Shown here in pieces: positions 59,101 to 64,000 of a stretch of DNA of 64,000 bases. The stretch's first letter is position 1. Every line of letters starts with the position of its first letter. The translations under genes and the position numbers were made by a program. This stretch comes from Fimbriosthenelais zetlandica (taxonomy: Eukaryota). A model generated the notes under the pieces. That model searched no databases. It was not told the DNA's origin and saw only the letters and a program-made list of their open reading frames with translations. The DNA is taken from the NCBI GenBank assembly GCA_977030845.1, contig OZ365115.1, forward strand, positions 5,890,001 through 5,954,000, written 5' to 3'.

Positions 59101-62100
59101 CAGACAATTTGATTTCAAGCATTTCAGGGAATTAGTTCATTTAAGAACCGTTATTTTCGTGCTGGAAATAATATTTCTAATAAGGAATAAAATTTATTGT
59201 CTATATATTGGTCAATGAAAGTCTTCAGACTTGCATCCCTGCTAAAGTGAACTGCGAGTGTTAAATGTTTATTAGACTATATATCATAAATGATTAGTAG
59301 ATAAATACATAAGATGAATGTAGGGGGCGTTTCACAGTCCCCGGGACTTCCCCAACATCCTCCCCAGGGTGAAAAATCAGTAGGTCATCCAATTGTAGAA
59401 GGTGTTAATGCTAAAGTATCAACACAAATCAATTTGGTTTGGACTCTCCATGAATCATCTTGATTTGTGAGTCATACTTAAGGACTATAAGTAATGATTT
59501 CATTGGCATCTCATGCCATGTGTTCCAATGTTTCATAACATTTCTGGCATAAATTGCCCAAATTATAGCTCTCGTTATTGAAAACGCAATAAATGAGGAT
59601 GAATTGAGGATGCTTTGGCGATATTCTTACATACGGTTTTTTCCCATTTTTTTGTCGGCGCGAAGCCACAAAGCCATGGTGATACGTATATTTAAGTGTC
59701 TGGATCTATTTCATGAAGTTTGAAAATGCCCAAAGATCAAAAGTAACATTAATTGATTATGTCAAACTGGAGCATGCTGCATGTGAGCTCGCTTTAAGTG
59801 GTTCGCCTAATCATCCGCCATATCTTATATGCATAGAGTGCATATAAGGCGAATCTGGCTAGATGGGACTCTTCCATTAGTGTTTGGATTAAAATCAGCT
59901 AATTAATCACGTCCTGTTAATTGACTGGGATAACAATACAAGCCTCAGTTCAGATGGTACTTTTTTCCTTGCTGAATTAGCAGATTTATCCCGCCTTTTT
60001 CTCCCCATCTTTGCCTATAGCTGCTGGCGATTATGAATTTTTCCATAAATGTGACCAACATTAACAAATTTCTTTCTTGTCCAAATGTAGATAAAAACCT
60101 TTCCATTTTTCATTGTGAAACTCCTGGCTTGACACAAGAGATAAGCCACTGCATGGATGAAATCCCAAAAGCTTTTCTTTTTGTGCCACTTATACGCCAC
60201 CGCAAAAATGGCACCCATCACCACTTTTCCTTTTGGGGGTTTTGAATAATGTGTATTCAAGCTCCCTACCGACGGCGTCTCAAATTAATCCTCTTACAAA
60301 TTGAAACAATATAGATCTTATTCAATCAGGTTTTAGTCAGAAAAAGCCACAACCGTTCTTCCCTAACGTCTTTTCCGTGGATTAGGATTTACATAATCTC
60401 ATTTCAATTTTTGTTGCCAGGATAATTTGTTGTTGCTTTCTGAATTGTAAAATGTTGTCGCTCAGACACGTGGAAGCCATGATAATTTGTCGTTTCATTA
60501 GGTCCTGTCTATCCAAGCTTGAAGGACATGCTACTCATCTCAAGATGAACAATTCATTCATGATATCTATATACAAATCGACCCAGGAAATCAAAGGCTT
60601 TGATAGACTATAGCTGACTACATAATTCATTAAGATTTAAAATGTTATAATATTATACCAAAAAGATTATACCAAATATCAAAAAACCTCAAATTCCTTA
60701 GAGTGTTTCATTCTAAATTACAATTAATAAGACGGTTTCCAAAAATATCTGTCCGAGGAATGTGTGAGTTTCCAGCTCGAAATTTGTGGAAATTATTTGA
60801 ATAGAGGCATTTTAGACAAGAAATTTAGCATTTACACACGATCTCAATATGCATCAATCTATGATAATTATGTCCCTGGGCAAACGGTCCTACTGATGAT
60901 AACCCAATAAGAGAAATTTACATTCCAATATGGCCTCATCAAAATATACCTGAGGCACTTCCGGATATATGACAAAATCTGAGATAGGAAATTTTCATTT
61001 GATTAGATTCCACATTCCAAATATTCCTAAGATAAAATTTTGCTGTTCAGCACTTCAAATAACTGTACTTCAAATCTGAAAACTGCCAATTTATCTATAG
61101 AAAAGGATAGTTTCCTAGCTTAGATTCGGTCCCCAAAGCCATATATTTTTACTGTGTTTTTGGACCAGTGTACCTATATAGTTACATTACCCAGTTCGTC
61201 AGTTACAAAAGGTGAGCTCATTCTCTGACAGTAAGCCGTTGATTTAGTTGTTAGACCCTATGGCCAACTCCCTTATTGCAACCCAAAGTGCCTCAAATAA
61301 AAGCCCTCCAGCTATTTGATTAAGCTGGGACTTTAAGCCATGGGCCTATTGATTGCAAATTAACTGGAAATGTTAAATGAATAATAAAATTGATTTGCTT
61401 GTGTTCACACGAGGTGGCGCACTATTGCGGGTGTCGCCGTACGATGAAGCAATTACACGAACCCAGGCAAATAAAGTACACCATGCTTATATAGACCGGG
61501 TGAAAATATCCCAGCTTGGCATTGCATGAAAATGCTGGAAAATACATTTATATTCCCCGTTTTAAATGCATGGAAAAGGACAAGCATTAGATGAATCGAT
61601 TAGCTGCATGGACGGGAAGGCCAAAATTTGTCAATTGATCCCCTTCTCAGTTTAGATCTATAAGGTTTTGTACTGGCAACCATTTATTCTGTATTTTCCC
61701 GCATTTACACATATCTCACGACTGTGTTTGATAAGTGGTAAAGCCATGGTTTCATTGGATTATAGTTTAGTGCAGTTTAATTTAGTACTAAGCTGCATAA
61801 TCTATATTCCCAACCTCAAACAACTTTAATGTATGTTCATAGAATACCACAATAACATGATAAATCACCAGTAAATTGTCCATGACCCATATTCCTGAAT
61901 GCATTGAACTCTGGTGATGCATATTGGCTCAGATCTTTGGTCTTTAGTTATAAGGGACAGCCAGGGAAGTGGAGGGAGTTGGGAGGGCATACCTTGATGT
62001 GAAATAATGGCAGCTCGGCTTCCATTCCCCGTCAGATTCTGTACACGACACTGTCAAGTGTCACCATGCAGCCTTCCAGCGCCCTCTCCTTCCTTTAATT

Positions 62101-64000
62101 GGGCATGGATGACATAGGCAAAGGTGACTCCAACTCAAACTGCTGGTAGAGTCCACTTTCTTGCACATATGGCATTATCACAATTGAATTGTCTTTGAGG
62201 AATAAAATACTCTGGGGCACTGCTTTAAACCTTATGACAGCTATACTTTGCCCCATACTATGCCGTATGGGGCAAGAATTCCCTGTCGGACACCAAGATG
62301 ACCAATTTATAAATCCTGCAAATGCTTTCAAGACCAAAATGCAACAAACGACCCTTGCACAGCAGTCACTGTCGAATATCGTCTTTGCCACCACTCAGAA
62401 ATGAATTATGATGCAAGTGATATTTCTACAATTAATAAGTAAAAAGCGGAGGATTTGGTTCTATACATGGACTTGTACAGTACTCAGTATAGCTGAAGAA
62501 CCTGCTGACGTGAGACGCCTGTCAGAGGTCAACACTGTCAAATGCTCTGACATAAATGAGCAGAGGGCAGAGGCAGGGCGGAAGCCATGCCGGTCCTACA
62601 TGCTGTCACTACCTACTGCCACCCTCCCACTCTACACTGTTATGTGTATATACTGCATTATTAACATTGTAGCTCCAGATTGTAGGCAAACAGTATTCAC
62701 TTCATTCTAGATATTCAATTGTAATTTATTGACTTTATGATTACATAGTGAAGTCTTCAATTTCTTATTTTCTATCCATCTGGTAGTTAGGCTTTGAAAA
62801 CATTGTCAAGAGAGCTGCAGTGTGGGTATACAAAATGGGGACCTACCTCATATAAAATCTCATTATATAACAAGGAAACTGTGTTAAACGTGTCTATTGT
62901 ATTTTTATGCGAGGTTTGTATGTTGGTTCAAGACTATTCTAGGCCAATAAATTGGACTGGCTGGTATGTGTCAGAGTAGAGATATATGTTAGATTGAATA
63001 GCCAGTGTATACAAACTGCTCAATGTCAAGTATTGCATTTTCGGCTCTTTTCCCCGAATGAAATCCAAGAATCTATTAAACTATCATCAAAATACTTCAA
63101 ATTCCAGATTTATACAAGGTCCTGTTTCCCAGAATTGCTAAAAAGAATCCGCCTTATCTTGATTACACTCATTGAGATAGGTGTAACAAGGACGATCTTC
63201 CCACACTATCTTTATCGCCTCTAATGTAATGAAATTTCACCAATTTAATTTCCATTTAGTTACCAAGGGCCTATCGAGTTGTTAATTTTGTTATTATTGG
63301 GATGTTCTATTATAGACGAGGCCTTTTTGTACATAGTCCAACAGATAAAGTTTATATACAATGTATCGGCAGGCCTCAAGAGATTGTAAGCAATGTAGAG
63401 TGCCACTCTAATGGCAAGATCTATTAGATATTCTGGTAAAGGACTTCTGATTGCTTATTATGTCACCTGCTCATATTAACATAAAGCACTGGGGGTGAAG
63501 AGGTCGAGCTGTGGGAAGATATTGTGCAAACATCAGTAGACATTATTGTCATTGCCTTTCTTTATGTAATCACCCATTTACTGCTGGATCAGCCTTGGTC
63601 AAGACCCTCATTTTCCTGACCCACATTCCCATATATCCTCTCTCCTCCCATTCCCATATCCTTCCCCATGCATGCAGTCTTCAACCAAGAAGGTCAAGTA
63701 GGGGGCCTTGACTATAGTCGTGGAAAGCTCACCTTTGCTGGCCACTTTTTTCCATCATCCCAAAGCTTTGCCTCCTTTTTGATCCAGCTATTGGTCTATT
63801 TTTAAACCCTGTTGGACAATAAAGTTGGCCGATGTCCTGGTGCGATGCGTCCTTCATGTGCACGCGGGCATATTATAGGCCCGGCGGAAGCTAACCCCAC
63901 AGTCAGTTACTCCGGATCGAAAGCATTATAAATCTTGGGCCAGAGGTCCCATCAAGGCCTCTACTATCTGATAGGAAGAGAATATTGAAAACCCAGCAAT

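Noticed and set aside
39000-64000. The many 60-110 aa ORFs listed in the track
   Set aside because: No domain motifs, no chains of phase-compatible exons, and lengths expected by chance.

Overview
Eukaryotic, intron-rich genomic DNA from an invertebrate bilaterian (spiralian/marine-invertebrate-like; this is inference). I assembled exons by hand from GT(GC)-AG sites, and reading-frame phase is consistent at every junction of the four main models. (1) A proline-rich orphan ORF on the minus strand at the left edge. (2) TERB1/CCDC79 on the plus strand, 2430-13343, 20 coding exons, ~1338 aa. It has ARM repeats and, unexpectedly, two tandem C-terminal Myb domains; the second keeps a telobox-like LKDHWR helix and is absent from the supplied ORF track. 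(3) A secreted Frizzled-CRD-only gene nested antisense in TERB1 intron 2. (4) A tandem array made from one TERB1 splice acceptor, in which only the last copy is productive. (5) The most striking feature: a giant DEG/ENaC (ASIC-like) channel on the minus strand, 28641-14561, 40 coding exons, ~2165 aa. Its finger domain carries a ~1117-aa cassette of PAN-MAM-kringle-LDLa-MAM-Thr-rich-PAN-like-MAM-MAM-LDLa modules, all bounded by phase-1 introns, and its knuckle carries a second ~500-aa helical insertion. (6) A nicotinic receptor alpha-type subunit on the minus strand, 35525-38119, with degenerate loop A and loop D ligand residues; its signal-peptide exon was not found. About 26 kb (38.2-64 kb) has no coding exon I can support. 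Comparisons to human or chicken proteins are from memory and need checking by alignment; no database was searched, so novelty is unconfirmed.
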